From Octopus sinensis (Eukaryota): a stretch of DNA of 64,000 nt. The stretch is from NCBI RefSeq assembly GCF_006345805.1, contig NC_043002.1, forward strand, positions 79,794,001 to 79,858,000. Direction: 5' to 3'. This document shows positions 26,880-41,490 of the stretch, in pieces (positions within the stretch are counted from its first letter, which is position 1; each line of letters begins with the position of its first letter). The notes under the pieces were generated by a model. That model saw only the letters and a program-made list of their open reading frames with translations, made no database searches and was not told the DNA's origin. A program made the position numbers and the translations under genes.

Positions 26880-27880
26880 ACAATGGTGGCGTGACGGTTG
26901 CTTTTTAGGGGTTGACGGCAGCATCGGTATGGGAGGTGGCGGTGCTGTCGTTCATTGATGTAGTAACAGTAGTAGTATTGGTGGTTGTTTAAAATGGTGT
27001 TTCTGATGTTTATAGTTATTGTGATAGTAGAGATTATAACAGAGATGGTAGTGAATGTGATAGAGAAGTTTGGGGGGAGTAGTAATGATGGTTGTAGGTT
27101 GTGGTACCTACAGTAGTATTGGTGGTGGTGGTGGTGTGGTAGTGGTCATTGTAGTGGTGTTTACGGTTATGTTAGTAATGGTTGTGGTGGTGGTAGCTGT
27201 TGTCACATTGATGGTAGTGATAGTGGTGGATGTGGCATAAGTTATAGTAGTAGTAGCAGTAGTATTAGTAGTAGTAGTAGTAGGAGTAGTAGTAGTAGTA
27301 GTAGTAGTAGTGTTGAGAATAGTGGTTGTAGTTGTAATGTTAGTAGAGGTTATGGTAAAAATGGTGTTGGTGGTGGTGGTTGTAGTGCGGTAGCGGTGCT
27401 TATGGACGAGGTAGTAGTAATGAAGTTGAGAATGGTAGTGGCAGTAGTGGTAGTAGTAGTAGGGGTATAGGAGGTGGTGTTAAGTGGTGATGGTGGTGGT
27501 GATGGTGATGGTGGTAGGGTTGGGAATACTATTGGTAGTGATGGTCGCGATGGTAGTGCTGTTAATGGTTGTGGTGGTAGTGGTGGAGGCGAAGATGGTT
27601 GTGTTGGAGATTGCGGTGGGTGGTGACGATGACGGTGATGGTGGTGGTGGGCATAATGATAATGCCAATGATGATGATGATCAACATCATGATAACTTTG
27701 GTATTGGTGATGTAGGTGATGGTGGTGGTGGTGGTGGTGGTGGTAGTGGTGGTAGTGGTGGTAGTGGTGGCAGGGGTGGAGGAGGTATGTGGTGGATGCT
27801 GTGTGACGTTTTTGTTAATGTTGGCGGTGGTGCTGCCGCGGGTGTTGGTGTCAGTGTCGTGGTGGTGGTGGTGGTGGTGA
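26880..27880. repeat. (GGT/GTA/GAT)n degenerate trinucleotide tract
   Basis: Direct reading. Confidence 0.9.
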
Positions 27881-28044
27881 AACAATCCTTAATTATGTTG
27901 GACTCCCTAATGAACTTGCAACGCTTGTCAGCAGTTATGTCATTAACGAGCATCAAACGATTGCTCTGTCCAGCTTCGCATCTTTTACAACATCAAAAGA
28001 CTCACCGATTTTTCTTGTTTCTCTATTTCTCTATGACTCTGAAG

Positions 28045-29334
28045 GTGTGTGTGTGCGTGTGTATGTGTGTGTGTGTATGTGTGCGTGTGAGTATGCATGT
28101 GTGTGTGTGTGTGTGTATAAATATGTGTAAATATCTGCATGCGTATGTGACTGTGTGTGCATCTGTGATTGCTTCTGTTTGCGCGCTTGTGTGTGTGTGT
28201 GTGTGTGCGCGCATGTGTGCGTTCTAGATAAAATGAGAGGGAAGGAGGCGGGAGGGAGGGAGGGAAAGAGTAGAAAGAGTGTTTGTTAGGTTGTGTATCA
28301 ATTTGTATATTAAAATATCTGTGCGGTTCTGTGACTGGTTTGAATCTTTCTCACTATTCAATTCTCCCTCGTATCCTACGCGAACACAAGTATATATCGA
28401 TATTATATGTGTGTGTGTGTGCGTGTGTGTGTGTGTATGTGTGTGTGTGCATGTATTTGTGTGTGTGTGTGTGTGTGTGAGCGTGTGTTTATATGTATGT
28501 ACATATATTATATAAGTATATATATATATGATATGAATATGTGTTTTAGATAGGTATATATATATAAATATGATATATATATATACATATATATATAACA
28601 TGATAGGAATGTATGTATAATATATAATATATAATTTGCATTAAAGCAAGTGCACAGTAACCCATATATGCATATAAAAATATATACATATATATTAGAA
28701 TTATTATGATGTACAGCCATATTATATATAATATATATATGCATAAATAAATATTATAATACTTTACGTAATATATATATGTGTTTGTATTTGTGTGCAT
28801 GTCTGTGTGTGCGTGTGTTGTGTGTGTGTGCCTCACTGTGCGCATCAATTTATGTGTGTATGAAGTATGTAAGAATGCCTGTGTTCCTGGAAAATGTGTG
28901 TTTATAAACACTAATATGTTGCTGTATATGATATTTTTTTATCGTATTAATGTAAATAGGTATATATATATATATGCATAATACATATACATATTGCATA
29001 TTTTCTGTGTAAATGTATGTACGTACATATGTGCGTGCGCATAAATCTTCTTCGTGTATGTGTATGGCTACGAATGCGCTTATGCATATGTGAGCGGGTA
29101 TCTGCGTGTATTTTTATATATACACAAAGAAGCGTGCGAATATGAATATACAAATATACATACATATATAATATATACATGTAAAACATATATATAATAT
29201 ATATATATATAATAATATATATATAAGAGACAGAGAGAGAGAGGAGAGAGAGAAGAATATTTATATACAAGCATATTGATATATATATATATATATATTA
29301 TAGGTGTGATATTGGTATATATATATATATATGG

Positions 29335-29365
<31 letters not shown>

Positions 29366-29453
29366 TGTATGCGCTCGGGTGTGTTTGTGTGAGTGTATGT
29401 GTGCGAGTACACGTGAATACATATATATGTGTGTATAATATATATATATATAT

Positions 29454-29508
<55 letters not shown>

Positions 29509-29513
29509 TATTT

Positions 29514-29558
<45 letters not shown>

Positions 29559-29846
29559 TTACATATATTATACATATATATATATATGTAGTCAAAATAA
29601 GCAACAAGGATATCCTTGCTGCTTATTCTGATTTTAATCACCTTACTTTGAAATTGTCTGGATAATAACGTACTAAATTCTGGTGCATCAACTTATGTAC
29701 CATATTCATCTGAATCTCTCTCTCTCTCTTCTCTCTCTCTTCTCTCTCTATCTATCTCCCTATATATATACATTCTCTGTAGAGTCACCTACAGAGCTGC
29801 GGTCATGCTAGAGTAACATCTCTCTCCTTCTCTGAGTGTATAATAC

Positions 29847-29903
<57 letters not shown>

Positions 29904-30477
29904 CATACATACATATATATAAATATGTATGTATATATATATAATATATATATTATATATATATATATAACATACTATATATATATATACGCATGTATGT
30001 ATATGAAGATAGATCGAAAGATAGATGGAGAGATAGCTAGGAATATTTGCTAGATAAATAGACAGACATGTGCAGGCATATACCAGATTTATACATTGCA
30101 CATGTTTTGCGTTTATTTTATATATAAATGTGCATGGATGTCTACTTGTTACAAACTGACACCATATATGTTGCTGTGCGGGTGTGCATCCGTACTCGCT
30201 TCTGTGAATGAGCTTAATTGTGTGCACTTAATTTGAACAAACTTTTTCCATTTATGAGTGCAGTGAGAAGAATCTGTATGAGTGTATATATGTATATATA
30301 TGGAAGTCTGCATGTGCACAGACACACACACACACACACGCACACAGAAAGACAGATAAACAGACAGAAGCACACATATATACACACTAAGACACACACA
30401 AACACATACACACGCGCACACGCAAGCACGCACGTCAGATATTCCCTGTGCTTTAACACAGAGATATACATACGCTT

Positions 30478-30527
<50 letters not shown>

Positions 30528-30540
30528 GTATGTAATCGAC
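28045..30540. repeat. (TG)n/(TA)n/(TATG)n microsatellite-rich region
   Basis: Direct reading. Confidence 0.85.
29592..29717. repeat. Short form of the palindromic repeat family seen at 45478-45910
   Basis: 40-bp palindrome TCAAAATAAGCAACAAGGATATCCTTGCTGCTTATTCTGA followed by the same ~85-bp flank as at 45826-45910. Confidence 0.8.
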
Positions 30541-32700
30541 TTATCCCTTTGTCTGTCCTTGTTTGTCCCCTCTATGTTTATTTTCCTGTGGGCAATAAAG
30601 AAATCTATGTGTGTGTGTGTGTGTGTGTTTATGGTTGTAGTGAGTGGTGTCATATGCAGACACAAGCATTCGCGCACTCCCACACGCACGTGCAAACACA
30701 CGCGGCTTTGTGGTAAGTAGCTTGCTTACCAACCACATGGTTCCGCGTTCAGTCCTACTGCGTGGCAGCTTAGGCTAGGGTCTCCTACTATAGCCTTGGA
30801 CCAACCAAAGCCTTGTGAGTGGATTTGGTAGACTGAAGGAAGCTTGTCGTAATATATATATTATATATATTATATATATATATATATATATATGTATATT
30901 ATATAGAGGGTACTTATATAATATAAATAAGTATTTTCGAAGTTGAAAAAATTTACAGAATTTCTCTTACGAGGTTTTTCACGCTAACTACTCATAATTT
31001 CTTATAAAGATTTTATCCTTATTTTGAACTATATATATATATATAAATATAGATATATATATATAGCATAATAATTCTCTAATGAGATATAGACAGTAAC
31101 TGCTCCATAACATAAGGGACTAAAGCCATCTGAATATGGCTAGGGACAGGGCAGGGTGGTGGGGGTGTTACTGTTGCATTTAGCCCCAGGCGAACATCAA
31201 CGTCGCCAGATAGGCTTGTCACCATCACGGTGTCCTTTATCCTGCAAAGGGAGATAATTCCCCGATGAAGCGGAAACCACACACGGACCCAGGTTTCAAG
31301 GTGTATTGCCTATCATCAACGTGTGGTAGGCCCCCGCTTCCTCGACGAACAACCCACTCTGCAGGATATTTATATATAGATTTTCAAGCAAAATACATTT
31401 GCTGATTTCGAAAATCTGTTCGACAGCAATAATAATTCTCTAAATGAGATATAGACAGTAACTGCTCCATAACATAAGGGACTAAAGCCATTATTAAACC
31501 TGCAGAAACATATTTTTGATGTTTTGCAGCTTTAACAATAATAATTATTTCTACTCTAGGCACAAGGCCCTGAAAATGTTGGTGGGGGGGAGCTAATCGA
31601 TTATTTGACTCCAGTGCGGAACTGGTAAATATTACATCGACCCCCGAAAGGGTAAAAGGCAACGTCGACCACGGCGGAATTTGAACTCGGAACGTAGCGG
31701 TAGGTGAAATTTCGCTAAGCATTTTGCCCGGCTTACTGTGTGTGTGGGGGTGTATAGATAGAAAGGAGCAGGCGTCGCTGTGTGCTGAGGAGATTGCTTC
31801 CCAACTGCATGGTTCCGGGTTCAGTCCCACTGCGTGGCACTTTGGGCGAATGTCTTCTACTATACCCTTAGGCTACCAAAGCCTTGTAAGTGGAGTTGTT
31901 TGACGGAAACTGAAAGTAGACCGTCGTATATATATATATATTATATATATATATATAACTCACTTGGAAAAGGATGCGTGGCGTTCGATCATATAATAAT
32001 ATAATATATAAATATAAGAATATATACATAAATGTATGTACAGAGCTACATATATATGCATATATACATGCATATATGGGTACAGGACATCAAAAAACGT
32101 TGAACACAATGAGAAATGAAAACATAAAAGCAAAAACATAGAAACGAACTTATTTCGAACAACGAAAAAATGGAACTCACACACAAGTCACAGGAAACTT
32201 ATATATACATCATTCTGCTTAAATAATAGAACTGCAAATAGAATATCTTCACGTATCTCACGCCTGTTTTCATTCCTCCACTGCACTCATTGTCTTGCAC
32301 CGTCTCTGATGAAGAGGTATATAAAATATCCCGGATGAGAAGCTTCTCTTTATAAATGTTCTGAACACTATTCATAGTCTTGGATTTTTTAATCTCATTT
32401 TGTTAAATTAAATATATGTGTGTGTGTGTGTGTTTGTTTATGTTTGTGCGTGCGTATATGTATTCATATATGTGCGTGTGTGTGTATCTATGTATGTACG
32501 TATATATTTGTGTGTCTGCGTTTGTTCCCACCACCACCTCCACTACCATCGATTGACAACCGATGTTGGCGTCTTTACGTCCCCGCAATTTAGTGGTTCA
32601 GCAAAAGCCACAGTGAAATGACTGAAAAACATAAAAGAATATACATTACATACACACACACACATACTTACATACATACATACATACTTAGATATATACA

Positions 32701-32734
<34 letters not shown>

Positions 32735-32865
32735 CATAGATAGGTGTACTACTGGTACAACCTGCCTTATTTACATCTCTTTGTATCATTACCCACATCA
32801 TCCCTACATCTTTCTAGACACAAGCCCAATATTTGTGTGTGTACACACCTGCATACATACATACA

Positions 32866-32898
<33 letters not shown>

Positions 32899-32961
32899 GT
32901 ATATTTATACATATACACACACAGACATACATGTATATAAGTAATATGTATGTGTATATAT

Positions 32962-33000
<39 letters not shown>

Positions 33001-33088
33001 CAATATCATAATACAGTGATTGTTTCTTGTCAGGGACAAAAAGATTAATAGGACTGCTATAGAAGTGCTCTATTGAAAGAGGCAAAAT

Positions 33089-33744
33089 TATTAAACTAAA
33101 GTTATTGAACAAACAAATGCAAGGTCATCCGCATATCATTTCATATTTCGAACATTTAATCATAGATATACATATAACATCCCACAAGATGGAACATAAT
33201 TCATCTGTATAAGCAGACAAGCATATAAAATAATAAGGTGCGAGAAAATTTTCTTCCTCAAAATTTAGAGTTAATTTTAGCGATTCAGAAAAAATAATTT
33301 TTTTAAAAAAACGTAGAAAGTAAAATATAATATAAGTAAATATATAAAATATATAGGTATATAAAAATTATAAAAATATTATATATATACATATAGGAGC
33401 ATATAAAAAATATATAATATATATCATGTAAATAAAATAAAAGTTCATCATTTAGAAATCTTATTAAATAATTATTCAGGTAAAAGAAGCCTTATAGTTA
33501 AGAAGGGAACCATAGTAAATATGGTTCCCTTCTTAACTTAAGGGAACCATATTTACGGTTCTTCTTTGATGAAGAAAATTTTTTTCTCGCACCTTATTAT
33601 TATTATATGCTTGTCTGCTTATACAGATGAATTATGTTCCATTTTGCGGGATGTTTATATGTATATTCTATGATTAAATGTTCGAATTATGAAATGATAT
33701 GCGGATGACCTTGCATGTGTTTGTTCAATAATTTTAGTTTAATA
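33089..33744. repeat. Fold-back element with ~175-bp inverted arms and an internal perfect hairpin
   Basis: 33089-33262 is the reverse complement of 33565-33744 with a few mismatches; perfect 19-bp stem at 33496-33538. Confidence 0.85.
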
Positions 33745-33789
33745 TATATATATATATATATATACTTCTCTCCTTGTTTTTCCTGTGTC

Positions 33790-33827
33790 TCTTTCTGTAG
33801 AAGAGCGTAGGCTCGAAACGTAAAAGA
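33790..33827 (+). ncRNA. Minimal hammerhead-like motif, A6U variant
   Basis: UCUUU CUGUAGA A GAGC GUAG GCUC GAA ACGU A AAAGA; perfect 5-bp stem I. Confidence 0.6.
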
Positions 33828-33940
33828 CTTTTTTCTATTCCTGAGCGTTATACTAATACATCTGTTTGTTTTGTACACCAACTCTCTTCTCCTTTTGTTT
33901 TTTCTTAAACTCTCCCTGTGTATATATATATATATATGTA

Positions 33941-33978
33941 TCTTTCTGTTGAAGAGCGTAGGCTCGAAACGTTAAAGA
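33941..33978 (+). ncRNA. Minimal hammerhead-like motif, A6U variant (tandem second copy)
   Basis: UCUUU CUGUUGA A GAGC GUAG GCUC GAA ACGU U AAAGA. Confidence 0.6.
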
Positions 33979-34604
33979 CTTGTTTTATTTATATTTCCTG
34001 AGCGCCATACTAATACAATTGTTCGTTTGTTTTCCACCTGCCTTCGTCTTTTGTCTATTTTCATAAAGCTTCCCGTTATATATACATATATATATATACA
34101 TATATATATATACATATATATATACACATATATGTGCATGTGTATGTTTGTAAGAGTAAGTATGTCCACACAAAATTTTGAGTAATACGGAGCTAACTCA
34201 AACTTTGATTAAATACATATAATACTAACGAGAGGCCAATCGACTATTGACTTTATTTTATATTCCTATAATGCATCCCAGATGTAAATGGAATTACAAC
34301 AGAAGATGCCAAGACGTGGAAGAAATAAACCCAACAACAACTACATCAACAAGATGATAAAAAAAACACGTAACAATAATGTGTTGAGTGCTACATTTTT
34401 TTCGTTTGTTCACTCGTTATATCCGCGCGCGCCCGTGTGCGCGCGTGTGTGTATGTGAGTGTGTGTGTGTGGTATGTGTGTGTGTGTGTGCACGCGCGCG
34501 CGTGTGTGTGTGTGTATGTGTATGTGGGTATTTGTGTGTTGCTGCATGTGTGCGAGGACTCTGTTATGAAGAAAATATCAAGCAGTTAAATAAATAGAAA
34601 TAGA

Positions 34605-34640
<36 letters not shown>

Positions 34641-34691
34641 GATAGATAAGACAGAAAGAGAGAGAGAGAGAGAGAGGTGAAGAGATAGAAT

Positions 34692-34749
<58 letters not shown>

Positions 34750-37295
34750 GTATGCTGGAAGTATGGGTATCATCTCTCAACGATATTCAGTGACGAGCTA
34801 ACGGGTGAGTTTTTAAGTGGTCTTTCGACCTCCTGAAGATGACAGCTACATATCTCTCCTTTAAATAAAGAAGGTCAAAGGAAGTAAAGCAGCCTGGCAT
34901 ATACCTAATATTACAGGAAGAATGTATTTCATCGTAGAAATTTCATTTCGGTGGTGGATTGGTAGGGGCGTTAGAACTTGCACGTAGTTAGTTACGGATT
35001 TTTAACTTTCTGATTTCAAAACCCCGCTGGGGACAACTTTTCCTTTTATTCTTCCGAGCTCGATAAAAACGAAATGCCAATCGACTATTGATTTCATTTT
35101 ATATTCTTATAATGCATCCCAGATGTGAATGGAATTACGACAGAAGTGGCCAAGACCTGGAAGAAATAAACACAACAACAACTACGTCAACAACAATAAG
35201 ATTATCAACAAACACGTAACAGACTTTAGTGAAGCATAAATATCACAGCTTACCATATCCGTTTTCCATATCAATGAAAGGCCTACAATCTATGTCAGAA
35301 CACGTAATTTTTTCCCCCCTTATATTCTATTTCTTCGGTAGATTTAACAAAGGTGTTAGCTAGTCCATTTTACGGCTTTAAATTCAATGTTTTATATTTC
35401 TGAATAAAAATATGAAGCCAAAATTTAGCTATGAAATATCCTCCCGCCGGGGTTTCATAAAATAGTACACTAGTGATCGATTGAGATAGATTCCGTCCCT
35501 TATATTTCTCTGTTACAAAACAATGCACCTGTCTTTAAGCATGAAATCGTTTGTTCCAAACCATTATCTATAGGTTAAAAAATTTCCTTTTTATTATTAT
35601 ACTATATCTACCGTAAATATTTTTAATAGTTCTGTTGTTGATATTTATGATCATGTGGATGATTATGATATTCGTTCAGTATGTCTCGTCATAAATAATG
35701 CTTTTACTTTTGTTATAAGATCAAAATATTCAGGCATTATTGATATTTTGCGATTTAGGGCTACGAACTGGCAGAATCATTGGAGCGTCGAAAAAATGCC
35801 TTGCAACAATTTCTTTTGGCTCCGAGTTCCAATCTTGTCAAAATCAGTTTTGATTTTCACCCTTTCGCTGTCGATTAAACAGGTACCTCTCAAGTACAGC
35901 GAAATATCCTCCAGCATGAAACTAACTAATACTTTCCTTTCAAAATTGCACGTCTTGTGCCTAATTAAGAAATGATAATTAATATTTTGTGCCCAACAAG
36001 AAATTGTATAGCCAACAAGAGCACGTTGTTCAACCTACTAAAACAAGTAGCCGAATTTTCTCTCAAGTGAAACCATTTCGCTTGAAATATGCAATAGATC
36101 CATTATATAATGCAGTCTAACACATTTTCAAATATTACGAAATTTGACGCGGTTGGAATATTATTGGCTGCTCTTTTTAGTAGTTCGAGAGACCACCTAG
36201 TGTCTCTACCTTTTTCATCTGGGGTAACAAAAAAGAACGTACCAACCATGGTAATGGATTAACTACTATGACGTGATATAATATACAGTTTCTCGTTTTA
36301 GTAATGGCAGAATGAGATTTAGGTGAGATTTACTAAAGGGATTTGGTTGTATTTTCTAGTAAGTTTTAAGACTGTTTTGGCTTGCAACAGCTGAGCCATC
36401 CATCAAGGGTGGGGTACTATGACACAACATGTGTTTTGAGAATAGACATGCGCGCACACACGCACACATAAACGATACCAAAAATGTTTTAAAATAGAGA
36501 CTAGTGCAGGTATAGCGATTTACTGGAAGGGAACATGTACGAATTGGTGTTATGTCCTAGTAATACTGAAGTTTTCGAACATATTTTGGTATCGTCCGAG
36601 TAGCCTCATAAATCCCAGACACTAGTGGGAAACGCGCCGAAAGCAGCAGTTGAACTTTTGTAGACTCAGAGACTGTATATTAATCTCGGGGATAGAAATA
36701 TTTTGAACCCAGGATACGAAAACCAATATGGAACAATAACGGATATTAGTCCGAGAGAAAATTATAAAAGAATTCAATACATTTACTTTTAAAATGCATG
36801 AAATAATCTAACGTTTCGGATAGTTTCCTATTCCATAGCTTGCAAACAACATATTGTTAAAATTATCCACACATGTACGGGTGGGTTGGGCGAATCAGTT
36901 CATTGAACATTTGTCCAATCTCTCCTTTCACATGGAGAAATGTTACTGTTATTGTTATTGTATTTCTTTGAGACTATGTCAACCGGGATTTATCTCAGCA
37001 ATTCTTCGTTATTCAGTCATATTGAATATAGGACTAAATTACGCATTGCGCCCACCATGCTCTTTCACTTTTTTAAATATAGTTCTATTGATGCATAATT
37101 ACAAGAAAATATATGCATGTATATACATATAAAACATTCCTCCTCTCTCTCTCTCCGTCGATATATATATTTATATGTATATATATATACATACATACAT
37201 ACATACATATATATATCTGTATGTATGTATGTATGTATGTATGATGTATGTATGTATGTATGTATCTATCTATCTATCTATCTATCTATCATATA

Positions 37296-37343
<48 letters not shown>

Positions 37344-37344
37344 A

Positions 37345-37414
<70 letters not shown>

Positions 37415-37580
37415 ATATATATATACATATATACGTACGTAAATTCCTGTATGTGAGTAGAGGATGTATATACGTTTGCATGTATATCCTTTACTTCATA
37501 ACGTTATACGTATATCGACGTTTGTCGTCCGTATATGCATTGGACATACAAAGAACAGCAGAACGTAATTTTATGTATAT

Positions 37581-37617
<37 letters not shown>

Positions 37618-37629
37618 GATATATATATA

Positions 37630-37668
<39 letters not shown>

Positions 37669-37671
<3 letters not shown>

Positions 37672-40245
37672 TATTGGTGAATTGAAGAAATGGAGCTGAA
37701 AGCAGATTGAACAGAAATCGTTTATTTCATTCTACACGTGTTTCGAAAGGCACAAATTACCAAAATCCGATTGAATAATGGGACCATATTGTGTCTTTCT
37801 CTTCAGGAAGAAAAAAAGGAAATCCGTTGGAAAAACAAAAACAGAACAGAGGCAGAGCAAAACAAAATCGAACTGTGCTCCTAAGAGCCCATGGCGAAAC
37901 TGTTTATCAGTGTATGTTGAGAACCGGTGGCTGAAGAATTCAACAGGTCAGGCATCGGTCAAACATGTGGGTGGGGGTGTTAGATGTTCTTTGACCGAGA
38001 ATAATAAAGTTCTGACTATTTAAAGAATATTGGATGTTTTATAAGGGGCGAGAAAAATCTACTTAGAGACGTGTGTGTGTGTATACTGTTCTATATATGT
38101 GTGTGTTGGCGTAGGGGTAGAAACATTTTTTGTGTACGTGTGTGCGTTTGATCGTTCGGCTGTCAGTGGCTACTGCCGTGATAACCGTTGGGTGGCAGAA
38201 AGAAAAAAAATATAAAGATATTATATATATATATATTTTATGTTTTATGTGTGTGTGTGTGTGTTCATCTAAGCCTACCTTGACAAGGAAACCCCCCGCT
38301 GTGAAAAAACAAGCCCCGTTTGTCTTACAGGAGTAATTTCCCTTGCAGTGGTTAATTGTAGATATCTTAAAATCTATTTCAGAATTTTTACCAAGGGCTA
38401 TGGGTGCCGGTCTTATTTATGAACGCTATTTAAAGGCCAGATAAGTGTAACGCCGCCAATGGGGGCATCGAAAAGCCGACTGTAAGAGCCCGTTTACCAT
38501 CCGGCCTCTGGCAAACAAAATATGGAAGAGTTCGGAGACACAAAGGTTGCACTGTCTTCTGCCCCTATCAAATGGGAGGGCCACCGACAAAATTGACCAT
38601 TCCAGCCTATAGCTTAAGTTCGCATCCTTCAGTCGCCATATTAGCTTACTGAGTCCCGTGGTCTGGCGCTTGTTCACGTCCCGAAAAGTTGCGTAATGGT
38701 TGGAGACACGCAAAGACAATCTTGAGGACGATGCCCCTATATACGTGAAGGCATCTGAGTCCGTGTAAACCTTGCATTGGTAGACGGCGTTTTTGATCTT
38801 GGAGTTCGCCGACGTGAATCTTACTCTGCTAGGATTGGTTTCTGAAATTAGAACTGCGTCCTGTCATATATTCGTTCCGAGACCTGCAGCCGCTTACTAC
38901 TCTATTTTCCACTACGTCACTATTAACTATAGGAATAACCCCTGATTCTCCACTATCTATCAGAGTGCTGTCATTGCTACTGCCCGTGGTACTGCTATTG
39001 CGGGAAATGATGCTGGGGATGCTAAAGGGGCTCTCTACCCTACTCCCATTGTTACCATCAACCACAACACCCCTATTTATAACTATACCCCTAGTGGGTA
39101 CTCCCTGGCGAGCTGAGATTATGTGTCACTGTACTGGCTCTCATATCATTATTACTACTATAATTATTCCTACTGAGCATTAAGCCGGGAGCGGAAGGGC
39201 GTGCCTCCGGAAAAGGTGATAGGGTCTTAGTAAGTAGCCTATATTATGGGAGGCGATTATCTGGGCGAGGTTTAGTGTTGGAGAAAGCTATCCTAACTTT
39301 ATGTGAGTTAACCGTGGAGTAATATTTGGAATTTCTGGGGAAGTTATTGGCGATGGCTTGTCTAAACATGAGGGGGAGGTTAGTTCTAATCTGCTTACCA
39401 AAGGGGGATACAAACCATATATGCTTATTCCTATCAGTGTGATGGGTCGGGACGCCAGCTCTCGCATTTGGGTGGGTGATTCTCGGATGAATAACGGGTC
39501 CTTGGGTTAGTGTAAGACCTCCCGGACCGATAATTATCCTTGTTCGCTAAATAAAATGCGGGAGCGACTACCCCGGTATCCGCCGCGCTCCCGTCCTTAC
39601 TTAAAATGTTAATGTTATTATATACGGCCCTATCCTGATGACCGAATGATGGCATCGGAAGGGCCGGATCAATATAAATTACTTCTGCCTATAACCGGCC
39701 TTGGATAGTGCGGCGTTATAAAAATCCCTTTCTGCAAAAAAATATCGGCACTGGCGGACAGGCCAGACAATTTAGAGAGATGTTTTTAACCAAATTGTCT
39801 GTTACGGTTTTGGCATGATTTGAGAAGACACTGACATACTTCAAATTAGTGGAAGGCTTATGGTAAGGGCAGTATGAGTCGCTATTAAGGTTAAGTGTAA
39901 CGTCTAGGAAATTAGCCTTGGTGAGTTCGTTATCAAAAACTATACTCATGCCCATTCTATTAAAAAACCTAGCTAACCTGCTCTTAGTTTTTCTGCACTA
40001 TTCTGTTCGTGGTGTTTTGCAGGTAAAACAGACAATCGTCACGATACAGGCCGCCCGCGATTTCCGGGAATTGATCGGACAATTCGTAGAGAATATATAT
40101 TCCGACCAAATCGGCTATCTGCGCACTATCCGAACTACCCATAGGCACATCAAATTCATTGGGAGTATCCTTACGGATCCACAGCTTATTATCAAACTTA
40201 ATAAACGATTTCCTGGCAACTAAAATGATATCTATCTCTTCTCTG
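37669..40245 (-). mobile_element. Inverted copy of the 3' 2.6 kb of PLE family 1 (partial RT, GIY-YIG, pseudo-LTR with hammerhead at about 37724-37812)
   Basis: Reverse complement of 40492-43070; ORF pieces 39716-39955, 39434-39655, 38829-39065 and 38426-38719 mirror the plus-strand copy. Confidence 0.9.
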
Positions 40246-41490
40246 CCCTGCTAGATCTGATATCGGGATAATCAGTAAGTACATTTTAGATAAATATATC
40301 CCTAGTTTAGTAAACAAGCTGAAGCTCAGCCTCTGGGCCAACTCCTCGCAGGTAGTGAAGTGGTTCTCTTCCATCCCCAATAAGAACCGTACTAGGTTCA
40401 TTCAGTTTGATATCGCCAGCTTCTACCCCCTCGATTAACCCTAGTGTGCTAAATAAGCCCTCTGGCATGCTCACAACAAGGCAGGCCTCACCAGAGAAGA
40501 GATAGATATCATTTTAGTTGCCAGGAAATCGTTTATTAATTTGATAACAAGCTGTGGATCCGTAAGGATACTCCCAATGAATTTGATGTGCCTATGGGTA
40601 GTTCGGATAGTGCGCAGATAGCCGATTTGGTCGGAATATATATTCTCTACGAATTGTCCGATCAATTCCCGGAAATCGCGGGCGGCCTGTATCGTGACGA
40701 TTGTCTGTTTTACCTGCAAAACACCACGAACAGAATAGTGCAGAAAACTAAGAGCAGGTTAGCTAGGTTTTTTAATAGAATGGGCATGAGTATAGTTTTT
40801 GATAACGAACTCACCAAGGCTAATTTCCTAGACGTTACACTTAACCTTAATAGCGACTCATACTGCCCTTACCATAAGCCTTCCACTAATTTGAAGTATG
40901 TCAGTGTCTTCTCAAATCATGCCAAAACCGTAACAGACAATTTGGTTAAAAACATCTCTCTAAGATTGTCTGGCCTGTCCGCCAGTGCGATATTTTTATG
41001 CAGCAGAAAGCGGATTTTTATAACGCCGCACTATCCAGGCCGGTTATAGGCAGAAGGTATTTATATTGATCCGGCCTTCCGATGCCATCATTCGGTCATC
41101 AGGATAGGGGCCGTATATAATAACATTAACATTTTAAGTAAGGACGGAGAGCGCGGCGGATACCGGGGTAGTCGCTCCCGCATTTAATTTAGCGAACAAG
41201 GATAATTATCGGTCCGGGAGGTCTTACACTAACCAAGACCCGTTATTCATCCGAGAATCACCCACCCAAATGCGAGAGCTGGCGTCCCGACCCATCACAC
41301 TGATAGGAATAAGCATATATGGTTTGTAATCCCCTTTGGTAAGCAGATTAGAACTAATCTCCCCCTCATGTTTAGACAAGCCATCGCCAATAACTTCCCC
41401 AGAAATTCCAAATATTACTCCACGGTTAACTCACATAAAGTTAGGATAGCTTTCTCCAACACTAAAAACCTCGCCCAGATAATCGCTCCT
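40244..41490 (+). pseudogene. PLE reverse transcriptase and thumb region, frameshifted
   Basis: Stitched translation: CPARSDIGIISKYILDK..WFSSIPNKNRTRFIQFDIASFYPSI..FDVPMGSSDSAQIADLVGIYIL..GGLYRDDCL..NFLDVTLNL..YCPYHKP..YVSVFSNH..ISLRLSGLS..IWF..KVRIAFSNTKNLAQII. Contains RT motifs FDxxSFYP, PMGS, YRDD and FLD. Confidence 0.88.

Noticed and set aside
32296-32335. CTGATGA followed by a possible stem II
   Set aside because: No GAAA, stem III or stem I partner follows; at most a truncated hammerhead remnant.
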